A stretch of DNA of 64,000 nucleotides from the human T2T-CHM13v2.0 reference genome, Homo sapiens: the NCBI RefSeq assembly GCF_009914755.1, contig NC_060929.1; one strand, written 5' to 3'. Positions 42,781 to 57,213 of the stretch are shown here, in pieces. Each line of letters opens with the position of its first letter. Positions within the stretch are counted from its first letter, which is position 1. The position numbers and the translations under genes are program-made. The notes beneath the pieces were generated by a model. The model saw nothing but the letters and a program-made list of their open reading frames with translations, did no database searches and was not told the origin of the DNA.

Positions 42781-43255
42781 TGCTAAAGCAAAAACTACAT
42801 CTGGTAATGTTAAATAGGCAAGAGCGGCTTTATTCAAAGCTAATGCAAAAGGGGAGATAGACCAGAAATCACGGTGAGATAAACTCTGTAAAAGCAAAAA
42901 CAAGGGGCAGAGAATGGTTTTTTAAATCTAGGGTTGAAGAGAGATCAGGGACCACCTGTTTGCTAATTGAGGCTACTCAAAAGATAACATAAAACTTTCT
43001 TTCATTTTCATGATGGGAGTGACAGGAGGTGGTTACATTTCCAAAGAATGCTTCCTAGGTGCTTGAGAAAGAGTCCTGACCTGTAAAACTGAAAAGAGAT
43101 TTGAAAAGATTTATGTCTCAAAGGGGTAGAGAAAGAATTCGCAATTACAAGTTTTCTAAAGAAAATGTTCTAGAAAAAGGAAGGGAATACCTACAGTTAA
43201 GAAGCCTCTCCAAAGTTTAGTCAAGCTAATGGGAATGTTAAGGCAGTCCTGGGCA
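42781..43255 (-). mobile_element. MER67-like ERV1 LTR (3' LTR)
   Basis: Minus strand begins 'tgcccaggactgccttaacattcccattagcttgactaaactttgg' and ends 'tttagca'; preceded by the polypurine tract 'agaaggggagac'. Confidence 0.7.
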
Positions 43256-43735
43256 GTCTCCCCTTCTGTCCAAAAGGAAAATCAGATTTCCCACTGAACA
43301 AATTAGGAAACCTAATCCATGTATATCATTTCAGCAATTTGCTGTATTTGAAAAGCTAGTTGAATCATCTGTTAAGTCTTGGCTATATGCGATACTTGCT
43401 GGATAATGCAAGCAATCAGGCATTTATGTAGAGGATTCCTACAGAAATATAAAACCTATTGACGGGCTATGAATTCAGTTTCTGGATCCAGAGGGCAGTT
43501 AGTTGAGATCTCCAGATGTTGGGATCAAAGTGTCTTTAGATGGTGGAGTGTGGATGGCAATGGCAATCCAGATAGCTATTTCAGCAAAGCCCATCTGGGT
43601 TGAAAACATATCCAGTCTGTTTCTAATAAGCTCTTTCAGCCTCATATAAGCTCTAATAAGCTCTTTCAGGTTGATTTTGGGGCCCCTCAAGAGTCCAGAT
43701 GAAGTCAAAGTACCCACAATTCAAGTGACTTTAGG
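43256..43735 (-). mobile_element. ERV1 internal 3' fragment with PPT
   Basis: The PPT abuts the LTR; contains a short duplication (ctaataagctctttcag twice). The right boundary is approximate. Confidence 0.55.
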
Positions 43736-44275
43736 GAGTTGAAGAGTAGACTATAAAGGAAAAGATACGGCAGGGGTGGATAGTGAGATGGAATATGTAG
43801 AGGTTTTGAAATGGAGAAGATCAAATGATTTAAGGAAGCTAGGTAGAAAGAGAGAAATGAGGAGCAGAGGTGATGTGAAAGAGAGGTCTTAGATGAGTCA
43901 GTTTTAGGAGATCTCAGGTTTCCCAAAGAGGTTATTAAAGTTTCCAATTTTTCTTGGTAAAACTGTGTCCATGAGAAAGGAATTAGAGAGCTAACATTGT
44001 AGTAACACCACATAGCAAAAGTCTTCAGAGGAGACTTTATAATGACATGAGGAGGTTTACTCAAATTTTTAAACATCAATATTTAAACTTTATTCATAAT
44101 ATATTAATGATTATAGAATTTTGGACAATTATTAAATAACACACACATATGAAATAAACAATTATGTGATATAATGGATAAAAATGTATATTGAAGCACT
44201 ACATATCAAAACCATGACAGTCATTCCGTTAGAAGGCAACTTTTTAATTGGTGAAGTAAATAAAGACATCTTCAA

Positions 44276-44587
44276 GCCTGTAATCCCAGCACTTTGGGAG
44301 GCCTAGGGGGTAGGGAGCAGATCACTTGAGGTCAGGAGTTTGAGAGACCAGCCTGGACAACATGGTGAAACCCTGTCTCTACTAAAAATATAAAAATTAG
44401 CCGGGGCATGGTGGTGTGTGCCTATAGTCCTAGCTACTCAGTCCTAGCTACTCAGGAGGCTGAGGCAGGAGAATGGCTTGAACCCAGGAGGCAGAGGTTG
44501 CAGTGAGCCAAGATTGCGCCACTATACTCCAGCCTGGGCAACAGAGCGAGACTCCATCTCAAAAAAAAAAAAAAAGAAAGAAAAGAA
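44276..44587 (+). mobile_element. AluS lacking its first ~20 nt, with an internal 14-bp tandem duplication
   Basis: Starts at 'gcctgtaatcccagc'; agtcctagctactc twice at 44426-44453. Confidence 0.92.
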
Positions 44588-45195
44588 GGAATCTTAAAAT
44601 GTATGTCAATAATACAAATAATTACATAAATATAGCAAAAATGAAAAATGTAGACATGCTAATGGTGAATGGAGAGCACATATGAGATGTTTGCTGTATT
44701 TTTCCTTTACTATTTGTGGTTGAAAAAAATTTTCTTGCAAGGGGAAAAAAATAACAAAATAAATAGCATAGATTATGTTTTCACTGTATTCAGCATGGCT
44801 ATCCTGTGTCATTACTCTCACCTAAGGGAGAGCTTAAGTAGTAGGAAATGTTTAATTTTAAGTAATTACAGTAACATAAGCTTCATATAGAACATAAGCT
44901 TCATACAGAAACTCATAAGAGTAGGAAATTTTGTCTGTTTTATCTGTTTTCTGTAATCCTTGTAGGTAGAAGAGTAGCAGGCACCTAGTACCAAAGTACA
45001 CGATATTTTTGATTGAGTGAACAAATAAATGTGTATTCATTAATGAAAGTAGTGTTCCAGGAAATTGTGTTGTACTATATTAGTTTTCACTTAACTATTC
45101 TGGTGAGCAATTTCATTGCTCTAGCTTCCTCTATCTTTTTATAAGCCCTTCTATAAAAACATGTTTTTTTGTCTTGATGAGTAATAGTGTAGAAC

Positions 45196-45888
45196 AGGGT
45201 TCAGGAAATTACTGCACATGGCCTAAATGCAGCCTGCCACCTGTTGTGTGACCCATGGGCCACACAAAATAAGTTTTACATAACACATGGTTGAAAAAGG
45301 CAAAAGGAGAATAATACTTTGTGACATGAAAATTATATGAAATTCAATTATTGTATTCATAAATAAAATATTGGAGCACAGTCAGGCTCATTCCGTTACA
45401 CACTGTCTATGCCTGTTTTTGTGCTACATTGATTCAATGGTTTTGACAAAGACCATATGGTTCAAAAGTTTAAAATATTTACTATCGGATTGTTATGGTC
45501 TGAACGCTTATGTCTTCCACAATTTATAAACTGAAACCCTAAACCCTGAAGTGATGGTATCAGAAGGCATGGCCTTTGGGAAGTAATTAGGTGATAAGGG
45601 CAAAGCCATTATAAATGGGATGCATGTAATTACAAAAGAGGCTTGTGAGAAACCCCTGCTCCTTCTGCTGTGTAAAGTTAGAGCGAAACAACAGCTGATC
45701 TATGAGCCAGAAAGTGGGTTCTCACCAAAGATTGAGTTGGCCATCTCCTTAGTCTTGGACCTCCCAGCCTCCACAACTATGAGAAATAGATTTCTGTTGT
45801 TTATAAGCTACCCACTTTATGATATTGTGTTATTGCAGCCTAAAAGGATAAGACACTGATACTTGGCAGAAAAAGTTCGCCTACTCTT
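45196..45888 (+). mobile_element. MER58-family hAT-Charlie element interrupted by an MLT1A
   Basis: 'aaatgcagcctgccacctgtt', 'aaaatatttactatc' and terminal 'cagaaaaagttcgcctactct'. Confidence 0.7.
45491..45855 (+). mobile_element. MLT1A-type MaLR solo LTR
   Basis: 'tgttatggtctgaa' to 'taagaca'; TSD c(g/t)gat. Confidence 0.82.
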
Positions 45889-45889
45889 A

Positions 45890-46392
45890 GGTGAATTTTA
45901 GGTGTCAACTTGACTGGGTTAAGAAATACCTAGAACTGATAAAGCATTATTGTTAGATGTGCCTGTGAGAGTGTTTCCAAAGGAGAGTGGCATGTGAGTC
46001 TGAGTATGCTAAGTGGGGAAGACCTGTCCTCAATGTGGGTGGGAGCTATTCAATAGGCCTGGGATCTGGATATAACAGAAACAGACAAAAAGCTCATTGG
46101 TTTTTCTGTCCTGGAGCTGGGGTACACGTCTCCTCCTGCCCTTGGACATCAGAACTCCAGGCTCTCCAGCCTTTGGACTCCAGAGCTTACACAGATGCCA
46201 CCTCTTCACTTCCTCAGGTTCTCATGCATTTGAACTTGAAGTGACCCATAATACCAGCATCCCAGGCTCTCCAATTTGCAGATGGGCTGTCATGGAACTT
46301 CTCAGCTGTGATAATCATGTGAGCCAATTCTCAGCCTCTATAATAACTTGAGCCAGTTCCCCTAAAGGAATCCCCTCTTCTCTCTCTGTCTC

Positions 46393-46438
<46 letters not shown>

Positions 46439-46503
46439 GTCTATCATCATTTATTTATCCATCTATTTCTATTGGTTCTCTCCGGAGAACCCTGACTAAT
46501 ATA
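45890..46503 (+). mobile_element. MLT2B-type ERVL LTR
   Basis: 'ttttaggtgtcaacttgactgggttaag' to 'gaaccctgactaatata'. Confidence 0.82.
46398..46445. repeat. (TATC)n tetranucleotide STR
   Basis: About 10 perfect units inside the MLT2. Confidence 0.95.
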
Positions 46504-48939
46504 CTGGGTAAGTGTCGTCTTATTTGATGTACCCTCCAATATTGGCTTAAGTTTCTCCCTTCAATTCTATTACAGATAGTTATCACATTTTGTTACATGT
46601 AGGTATGTATGTGATTAAGTTTGAATGCATGTAATTGTTTCCTTGTTCACTCTGATGATTGGGAGGTCAGGTAGTTTGTTTTGTTTGCTGATTCTCCTAG
46701 CACCTAGCAGAGAGGCTTGCACATGGTAGGATATGTAAATATAAATTAGTGGATGAATAAATATGGATCTTTTAATTTATTCCTTAATGAGAGTCTCTGG
46801 GAATTGTTCACATGTCAGTCACTTAGAGAAAGACCAATTTATATATCAGTTTTTATATATGCAGTTTTAATTCTATGACAGATGACTAATTGTTTAGTAT
46901 AAATTATGTGTTAAAGTTATTGCACGAAAATTGCATCTCTAAATATCTAACTTACACATGAATTGCTAAGAAGGAAAAACACTTTCTATTTTTACATTAC
47001 AGGTTTGAAATAGTGATGCACAATTATAATATTCAAGGTACTGTGTTTATTCAAATTCTTATTCAAAAATGCAAATAAGAAAAGTTGGAGAGATTTTAAG
47101 GAAGTTAATCAGACTTGACAGAGCACAGGGATCATTGTAAGAATCCATTAAATATTAGTTTTTCTTATATGCTGAAGTAAAGCTTGGCTTTAAGATTTTC
47201 TTTCTATTTACTCTATAGATACTGGTCAGACTTCAAATTCAAAATTACATAGAATTTTTGTTATCTAAGGTGATAGAGTCTAATTTTAAAATAACTTTGA
47301 AAAGAAATTTTTAACAAACTTCAATGGATTTCAGAAAATGTCTATAGACACAGATTGTCTTTTAAGACGAAGAATGATACCACATTTTGTTTGAGAATTC
47401 CACTCATCTATTTTGCCATAAATAGCTCAGGTACCATTTCTTCTTTCTAAATCATGGGTCCCAGACAAAAATCAGTGCTAACATTAATTTGGCCATTGCT
47501 TCTCAAACAAGCCATAGGAAAAAATGCCTTCTTAATTCTATATAAATAGATAAAAAGCTACCAACCTATATATTTTCAGGACTATTTCTTCAGAATTCAA
47601 ACATAAATACATTTAAATAAAATATTTTCCAATGACATTTATTTTATATATTTTCTTTTAAACAGATCTTTTTAAAAACCTAGCATCACTGTCATTTGGA
47701 AATAAGCTTTTTAAATTTTTTTCAGTGTATAAACTTAACCATGAATTAAGATTACTCCATATGTTTGATCAAAACGTTTTAAAAATCCTTAAAAATAAAA
47801 ATTATGCAGACATACTAAGTTTATTTTTAACACTCACTCAATTCTTAGAAATTTTAGTGGGATAAGCTATATATGCTGAAAAAAATTTGGTGTGTTTTGA
47901 TGGGATATTTTGAATTTTTCGTATCAAGGAAGAAATCATAAATATTTGGCATAAAAAGTTAATTAGTTCAACAAAGTTAAAAGGAATAACCTAAATTGAG
48001 GATAAATTTGTTGGCAAACTTGTTCATATATGTAAAAATTCAAATTGAAAAATTAAAGGACAACTTCTTAGTAGATTTCTTTAGACCAAATGGTGGTAAC
48101 GTGCACACTAGTGTTCTCAGGAAAAGTAAAGTTTGTATATGAGCCAAGAATATATTCATGTAAGAAGCAAATTACGTCTTTGAAATTGAGGAATTAGTAT
48201 AAGGATTTATTTACATATACGTTGGAGGGTCGAACTACTAAAATTTTAACACTGAGGTCACAGAAACTGAAAAATTCCATCACTAGGTATAAGGCCACAA
48301 ATAGGAAGAAAATGAGATTAAGAAATGGAGAAGTCCAGAAGAGAAAAATTATGATATGAAGTGAGGGGTGGAAGGGTAAGGGGTGGGAGTGGGTTCAGAA
48401 CCCTACAGATGGTGCCTGACCAGCTTTCTGCTGGTAAACCTAAGGAGCATGATGAAGCTGACTGTGACCTGGGAGTGCTTAAAGATGTTGGAGGCTGGAA
48501 CCATCTGTCAGTGCCAGAGCTGAGTGTTTTCACTGAGTCAAATAGCCATAGTAGCTGCCACCAAGCGAGCTAAATTACCCAACAGAAAATACATATTTGA
48601 GCACATTTTTAATGATTTTCAATTAGTTTGTTGTCAAGAACCCATTTTCTCTCCTACTTACTGTCTGTTTCTTAGTGGGAGAAACATGGTTCCCCCAAAG
48701 AAAAAAACACTGTGAGTCAAACCACCATGTAGTTAGACTTCAATCGTTATTTCACCTCCTTTGTTTTTCATCCATTGTGTGCAAACAAAACTGTAATCTA
48801 ACTGTATGACTCTTGGCGTTTCTGCCAGGGTTGGCCTTCTATAGACATACTATTAGAGATCAAGAAGGCATATAAACAGATGTATTTCCACTCATATAAT
48901 GATGTGTATGTTAATTTATTTTAGTGCATAGTATTAGTA

Positions 48940-49300
48940 TATATTAGTCCATTTTCACCCTGCTAAAAAGACATTATCTGAGACTGATTAATTTATAAAC
49001 AAAAGAGATTTAATTGACTCACAGTTCTCCATGGCTGGGGAGGCTTCAGAAAACTTACAATCATGGCGGAAGGCAAAGGGGAAGCCAGGGCCTTCTTCAT
49101 ATGGTGGCAGGAGAGAGAGAATGAACAGGGGAAACTGCCCCTTTTAAAACCATCAGATCTGGTGAGAACTCCCCTGCTATTACAGCATGGGGGAAACTGC
49201 TTTTATAATCCAGTCACCTCCTACCAGGTCCCTCCTTCCACATGTAGAGATTATAATTCAAGATAAGACTTGGGTGTTGTCACAGAGCCAAATCATATCA
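48940..49300 (-). mobile_element. MSTA/THE1-type MaLR solo LTR
   Basis: 'attagtccattttcac...aattgactcacagttc...gccaaatcatatca'. Confidence 0.88.
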
Positions 49301-50723
49301 ATTAGGTACTCAATTTTGGATCTATAGTACATCAGGGACAATGATATTCCAGAGAATGTCAATGATTTTGATGTCCCATTTAGATGTCTAGGTTAGGTGA
49401 AGCATGTACAAAATACAAGCAAAGAGGAAGCTTTCCTTTGATACATCTCTAAGAGGGCTCCTGTGTGTTGTTTATTCCAGAAATGATATAAAATACTGTA
49501 TAGTCAAGAAATCTTCCATGGCAACACTCAGTTTACATTTCATGAATAATTTATGTGATGGACTGAAGTGCTCCCTTTAAAAAAATGTTTTAAAGTAATC
49601 TGGGGCAGATTGAAACCTAGGTAAGTTTATAATTATCCTAAAGCTTTTAAATACTACTTCTCCTCATTTCTGCAATTTATTTTATAGTTGTATTTATCAG
49701 TCAGTATACATTTACTACTTGTTATTGTGCTTGATTACTGTACTATGGGTTTTGTTCTTTTTGTTTGTAACATCATCTGTGCAAAGCCTTGGAATTCTTT
49801 TCTTACAAGCAAAATGTAAATAGGTCAAATAACGCATAGATTAAAAATTTTGGACTTATTATAGTTATTTGATATTAGAAGAGATAGATTTTAATCAAAA
49901 ACCACCATATGTTTATAACTTCTTCCTAATGTTGAAACGTATTATTTAAGATATGTTTCTGCTTTATAGTGTTATAGAAATTTGAGATTATTATCAATAT
50001 ATTTGTTCGGATATATGCTTGGATTTTGCCAAGCATCTATTATCTAACTTTCGTTGTCCATGGTATGTCTTTTTGGTCGATTATCAGCATAAATTATTCT
50101 GTATTTATTTCACCTGCTGAATGATGGATGTGCTATGTGATGTCACATTGAGACAAGTATCTTGGATGAAAGAAGTTTTTAAATAGCAAACATTTGGAAA
50201 AACTGTACCTGAGCCAATAAATGTGTTAGGGAATATTGGAATGCTGTATATGAAATCTGACTTGGGCCATTATTCTTGGGCTCAGGGGAGTATGTATTAT
50301 AACTGCTTATAAGATACTTAATCAAAATTATTGTTGAATTCTTGAAAGGGCAGTATGTAAGGTCCTCCTTCCCTTCTGATTATCTAATCTTTTATAAAAG
50401 AGTTCAGTGAATATCAAACTATCATCTTCTTTAATCAAAAGCAACACAAGATCACAGCCTAGATCTCTGAACAAATTATATATTATATTTGCTCCCTACA
50501 TTTGACTTTGAATGATATGCTGCAGGGAGGAGTCAACTCTGCAGAGCAGATACATCCAAATGTGCTAACTCATACTCATCCAGCCAAATGATTAGAGATA
50601 AAGAGAAACAGCTTCTGGATATGGTTTCAACAGGCTACATTTGCCCCAGTCATTCACCTACATCTGCTTAACACATAAAAATAAGAATGATGAAGACATT
50701 AATCATTCTGAGGGCAATATGGT

Positions 50724-51103
50724 TGTATTACTTCATTTTCACACTGCTATAAAGACATACCCTAGACAGGGTAATTTATAAAGAAAAGGAGTTTAATTGA
50801 CTCACAGTTGCAAATGGCTGAGGAGGCCTCAGGAAACTTACAATCATGGTGAGAGGGAAAGAGGCACATCTTACACGGCAGCAGGCAAGAGAGAGAAGAG
50901 TGAGGAGTTAAGGGAGAAGAGCCCCTTATAAAACCATTAGATCATGTGAGAACTCACTCATCATCATGAGAACAACATCAACATGGGGGAAACCACCCCC
51001 ATGATCAAATCACCTCCCACCAGGTCTCTCCCTAGATATGTGGGTATTATAGTGGTTACAGTTCGAGATGAGATTTGGGTGGGGACACAGCCAAACCATA
51101 CCA
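50724..51103 (-). mobile_element. MSTA-type MaLR solo LTR
   Basis: 'tgtattacttcattttcacactgc' to 'ccaaaccatacca'; TSD atg(g/a)t. Confidence 0.9.
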
Positions 51104-51616
51104 ATGATGCATGAAGATAGGAAGGTATAATCTATGTCTGACCAATGCTTACTGTCTACCCCAAAGGCCTGGAATTTTGTGTCTATTCTGTTATTAAAAT
51201 CTGACTAAAAGTCATAAAGAGAGAAATAAACATTGCTAGTGTAGAATCTCTGTAAAAGAATTATTGGGGCTGGCCTCATCATTGACTATAATTAACTAAA
51301 AAATTTGTTCAGATATTTCTTCCAGTATTCAAAAGTTCTGGTATAGAAAAAAATGTTGCTGATGTTTTCTATTTATTTATAGGTTTTCTGCATCTTATCT
51401 GTCAGAAAACTTTCAAGATTTTAAGTCATATTTGGAGCAGTGAAATTTCACCATTGTATGTCTCCTCTCTAATGACTTAAACAATTGAAACTATTTTTTG
51501 AAAAACTGTAACCACAATTTCTTTTTAATTTTTTTATTTTGAAATCTTTATTACTCCACTCATTATTGCAATTGTCACAACAATATCCAAGATTTTAACT
51601 TATCTCTGAACATCAA

Positions 51617-51673
51617 TGGATGGATGGCTAGATAATTGGGTAGACAGATTAGATAGATGATAGATAGATAGAT

Positions 51674-51711
<38 letters not shown>

Positions 51712-51725
51712 TTAGATAGATAGAT
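51617..51725. repeat. (GATA)n complex STR
   Basis: Directly visible. Confidence 0.95.
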
Positions 51726-53939
51726 TTGGCTTTGGAATCAGATGTTTGGTAAATTGCTGGGATTCTCCACCCAGCCCTAAATGTCAACATTTATAAACGT
51801 GAACACATCACATGCAAGGGCAAAGATGCAAAAACATTAGTATCCCAACGATAGAAAACAGAAAATAGAAATTGAGAATATAAGATATTTTTTATTTATC
51901 CTCTATCTCTCTCAAAAGGGTTATTTTCATTTTATCTTCCAAATACATTTCATTTCATAGTAAAAACATTCACAATAATACTAACAGACATATATTATTA
52001 TCTTGATAATAAGTAATCTGTATTCTTTTGGAAATTGGGCATATTTTAATAAGAAAAATCTCTCAGTAAATTTCACATTAGTAAACACAACTTCCAAAGG
52101 GTTGTCCAGAGGTAGAATTGAAGCAATCTGCTCATTTTGAAAGATTGCAGCAGGAGGTACAGTTGACTTCTAGTCACATTCTCAGATATGAGTTTATCTT
52201 ATATTTTATTCAAGCAAAAGTGTGATAGACTTATAAGCCCTATGTAGTCATTTTGTGATTATGAAGCAAGCTGCCCAGACAACTACTGATTATCAATTAT
52301 ATTTCTAAAGTATTATGTATTGACATATAACACGTAATTTATTACATGCAGGAGATATTACATAATATAATCTTAAGCAGTATTACATTCATCATTAGCA
52401 ATCTTAAAGAGTTGACAAAAAGTGGCTCACAGAGCCTGTTGATACCATCTCTTCACAATTCACATTCAGAGAGGATATGTTCGCCAACTAAATCATCCAT
52501 GGAGTATTTTCATTATGAAAGTTGACAAATACTACAATCAAGGTTTCTTTCCACCCCTAGAAGGAGAGGCTGATTTTCAAACACTTACCAGCACACCGCC
52601 ATTTATAATTTAAACAGAATGTTCAAAACTCGTAATTAAAAATATCTTCTTCTTCAGAAGAATACCTTGTTTTGTCTTATGCAGACAAAAATATTCAAAC
52701 CTTCTTAAGTTTGGTCCAAGAACCATTTTAACTCTGCTGACATTTAAATGTACCGCATCTTTCTTTCTTTTTTGAGAGTAAGTGCAGAGGCAGAAGAGTT
52801 GAATTTTGTTATAAACTTCCAAGGAAATATTTCTTTGTTCGAATTAATATATATAGTTGTCTGTTTTTAACCTTTCAAGATGAATGATAAATTGTGTCTC
52901 CCTGTGAACTAAGTCACTGTTCAGCTACTATAATCTTTGCTGAAGATCAAATAGGCACTGATTGTTTACAGATTTTGTTTTATTACTGTCAGTTGGGTCA
53001 CACATTTTCCTAAAGTGAAAGAAAAAATCAACCACTTGAAATATTTTGAAAGATAATGTTCTGGAAGGTAAAAATTCACTGTTGAAAACCACAGCAAGAT
53101 TGCTGACAAAAGATCAAGTTTGGGTCAATGAGAAAAAATTTGTTTCCTCCTCCCTGCAACTATTATTTTGTATTGTGTATAGATATAAAAAGGTAACAAG
53201 TTTATTTTTTTCTTTTATTAGGAAAATAACCTCTTTTTTCTGGGGTTTTAGTACTAAATGTAGAATAGAATAAATGGGAAAATAAATTGCAGAGATGTTA
53301 TATTTTAAATAGAGAGATACATTTACAAATACAAATACTTCTCAATTAATTGTCTCTCACTAGATTCGGTGAACTGTTACATTTTCCTGAAATTTTTGAA
53401 CTCTCAAAAATTCCAAATGCCTGGGCACACACTAGTATTTTACCTTAAATTTTATAAAATTTTAAAGACCTTTTTTAATTCTATTAAGCATGAATTTAAA
53501 AAAAGAAAATATGTTACCCTTAGAAGTTACCTTGGAAATGCCTAACAATTTAGAGTTTTCAAACATTTCTATTTAACAGAACATTTATAGTTTGTAGGAC
53601 TGTGTTTTGGGATTATGGAAGTAGGAAAAAATTACACTTCTTATGTTACCATAAAGGCCCTTAACAGAGGTTGATCATCTGCATGATGATACAACAGAGA
53701 AATTCTGAGTTCAGGGTGGCCAGCCAGGTCAGAAAAAAATGCATAATGAGAACAATAACAATGAAAATACATTTATTGAAGGCCCCCAAAATACAACGAT
53801 TCAGTTTAGGAATTGTTTTCAACTATTAAAGCAGGTGGCATAAATTTCTGTGAGGAGATTGAAGTGCTCTTTTAATAAATTGAATAAATATTTAGAAAAT
53901 CTAAAACTATTAGTTTGGACATACAGCAGCAAAGAAAAT

Positions 53940-56000
53940 TACACAGCTATTGATTCCTTGAGTCTTTATGATCAGGCAATCAAGAAAAACCAAGCATAAA
54001 AGAGAAAAGCCCAAATAAAAAACAATAACAATAAACTGACCAGAAAATAGGCAATTGAGAAACATTAAAGAACTAGAAGATTAGAAAGTAGTGAAAACCT
54101 GAATGAAGATACTCAGTGTCAAGAAGACATTGCATTTATAAATTAAGAATTCTTAACGTGTATTGCAGAAATAAGATATAATTGCTGTGCCCTAAAATAA
54201 AATTGAATGAAGAACTATGACCCAGAGAAGTCTCCATGAGATGAAAAAGAAATAAATTGATACATAAGGAAAAATAGAAATAGATGTTTGGGGGAATTTA
54301 AGAGGTCTAACATCACAAGAAAATTGTGAGAGAAAATGGCTAAATATGAGCCAGTATCAAAAGGAAATTAACCAGATATATATTATCATGAAGCTTCAGA
54401 CTGGGAAAAACTAAGACATTGTCTAAAGTGACTCAGGTTTAGACAGATCACCAATCAATTTTTATTTCGTAACTCCAAAAACAAATTGATATGGTTTGTG
54501 TGTGCCGAGCCAAATCTCATCTTGAATTATAGCTCCCATAATTCCCACATGTTGTGGAAATGCCCATATGGGAGATAATTGAATCATGGAGGTGGGTCTT
54601 TCCTGTGCTATTCTTGTGATAGTGAATCAGTCTCAGGAGATCTGATGGTTTTGTAAAGGGGAGTTTCCCTGAACAAGCTGTCTTCTCTTGTCTGCTGCCG
54701 TGTGAAACGTGCCTTTCACCTTCTGCCATAATTGTGAGGCCTCCCCAGCCACATGGAACTGTGAGAGGCCATTAAACTTCTTTCTTTTGTAAATTGCCCA
54801 GTCTTGGGTATGTCTCTATCAGCAGCATGAAAACAGACAAATACACAAATTAAACATCAAAAAGAAAAAAAAGTAATGTGTACCACAGAAAGAACTAATG
54901 TAGCATCATGCCTTGCATCACAAATAATAAATGGTAGAAAATACTAATATAATATTTGCAAACATTTGAGTGCAATATTTTAAGAGTATATTATAGACAT
55001 CTGAACAATCATTCAATCTAGGGTGCAAAAAGCATAGTTAGGCAAGTAAGCACACAGAACATTTGTATTCTACTGGCAGTTATTTTTCGGAACTTATTTG
55101 ATAATTTAATTCAGAAGAACAGAGGAGTAATTTAAGAGCAGAGGTTGTGATATCCAGCTAACTGTCCTTTAAAACCAGTAAACAAAGTGAGTCAACCAGA
55201 AGACAACTGTATAGGAAAATATTGAGCAATGAATTCCACTTAGAATAGAGTGCTCCAGAATGGAGATCTTTGGGAAAAAAGAAAGATGAAAATGCACATG
55301 GAACAGAAAAGACATTTCAATTGAGAGCATACACAAACATTGAGGATATAATAAAGGGAATCATTTAAGAGAAACTCCTGGAAAAAGTAAGAAACAAACA
55401 CCACCTTGGACAAAACCCAAATGTTAAATTCATATTCCAGATGTGATGCAAACATATTGTGGCAAGCAAGGTTTTAAACAAATGATAGAGAATTTTAATA
55501 TAAAGACACATGTTAAGATCATTTGCATTTGCATGTTTAAAGGACATGGCATTAAAAATAATACAATTATAACACATATTGGGCCTAGAATAAACTATGT
55601 TTATATAGCAGTTGCAATACAAATGTTGTTTTAGGTTTTATAACCAAAGCGTAGGAAAATTTCTTAATGAATTCATGATATAAATGAATACTAAAGACAG
55701 TGACAATGTACATGTAAATATTCTTTATCACAATTAGGATAAGGAAATGGAATGGGAAAACTAGAGGCTGGTAAGTGCAAATAATCAGTCTTAAAATGTG
55801 GAGAGTCAAGAGAACTGTGACAAATTCAACTGAACTAGACTTCTTATATTATTTAACATATTTCTTATTTTAAAAATTATAAGATATTAAGCACCGAGTA
55901 GTAAATAAAAGTCTAAATTTGACAAATCAATAACAATATTAAAAATATATTAGTTAGAATTATGCATATAACCACAAGAATAATTAAAATAAAAGTAGCT
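53940..56000 (+). mobile_element. Very old L1M ORF1/HAL1-like fragments
   Basis: A-rich strand bias and weak ORF1-like motifs ('agaggtctaacatc', 'aatggtagaaaatac'). Confidence 0.35.
54487..54845 (+). mobile_element. THE1-family solo LTR
   Basis: 'tgatatggtttg' to 'aaataca'; perfect TSD caaat. Confidence 0.92.
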
Positions 56001-57120
56001 AAAAAAGTTTATCAAGGTGAGTGAGACTGGAAATAAAAAGAGAAGAGGCAGAAGAACATTGCTTCTGTTTGGAAGATTGTCTGTACCATTTCCCATGTTT
56101 AAAAAATACTGCTTTGATTATGGTTCCAAGAGTTAGTACCTCAGTTAGCATTCATAAAATAATATGTCTGAAAATAAGTGAATTTTCATCTGCATTATGC
56201 TATTGTCTTATCCCTTAGATTGGGTACTGCTAAGATAGTAAAAGTGAAATATTGCAAATTAGGTAGATGAGATATTAGACTGTAAGTAAAATTTACATTT
56301 TCCAAAATATTTTATAATCATTGTCTCTTTTATATTTAGTGTCTGTATCTTCTATGTTATACTACTATTTTCCCTTGAGTGTTTGATTGCAAGATCTAAG
56401 GCCTGTGTAAAAAGTTCAGACAATTCTAGTATGATGCTCTAATACTCAAATTAAAAATATATAATTATATCATGGACTTCTAGGCTGCTGAAGGGGATTC
56501 TTTAAAATTTCTACAAGATATACATGAATTCACTTTGTCCAGTTCAGATTTAGCTAAAAACCAAAAATCAATACAAGATTCAATGTTTCTAATAGAATAA
56601 CAATGATAAAATTTTTAGGAATGGCCAGTGTTCAAATTGAAGAAAACCGGCTTCAAGGAATCTCTCAGTAATAATACTAAAATGTGTTAAATTTAAATAA
56701 TACATTTCTCCAATCTTGCAACGTCTTATATTTACTGGGAGACAATAGTAAATAGAAGTTTTACTCCACATGAATGTTTTAAATGAAAGCAAATAGAAAG
56801 GGAGTTCAATCTCACATGAGAATATAACTAGAAACTAAATTAATCATGAGAGATATCCCATGTTTTAATATGGAATGGTTATACCATAAAATTCACAGAA
56901 ATTTTAGAGTCAGTCTACATCAATTAAAATACTTATTGAACACGTAGAACAAAACTAGCATTTTTTCTTTTTAATTTGTAATTTACAAAGTTGACATAAG
57001 TCCCACCCTTAAGTTTAATGTTGAGTAAATATTTGATTGTCAAAGAGTAAAAGTTGTCAATATTGACTATGCATATTCTCCCTTTCCTCTTTCTTTACAT
57101 ATATGTACACATGCATATAA

Positions 57121-57213
57121 ACACACAAACCAAATATATATATATATATATATTAGACACACAAACCAAATATATATATATATATATTAGACACACAAAC
57201 CAAATATATATAT
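57121..57213. repeat. Minisatellite acacacaaaccaa(at)n-tag, about 2.6 copies
   Basis: Units start at 57121, 57157 and 57191. Confidence 0.92.

Noticed and set aside
52060-53000. Unique-looking sequence with homeodomain-like TAAT motifs as a conserved non-coding element
   Set aside because: Such motifs are expected by chance in AT-rich DNA, and conservation cannot be judged from one sequence.
48940-54845. Three MST/THE1 LTRs as ends of a provirus
   Set aside because: Two have their own TSDs, orientations differ and there is no MaLR internal sequence between them; they are solo LTRs.
57121-57213. Repeat-spacer-like pattern resembling a CRISPR array
   Set aside because: The spacers are only (AT)n, so this is a eukaryotic minisatellite; there are no cas genes.
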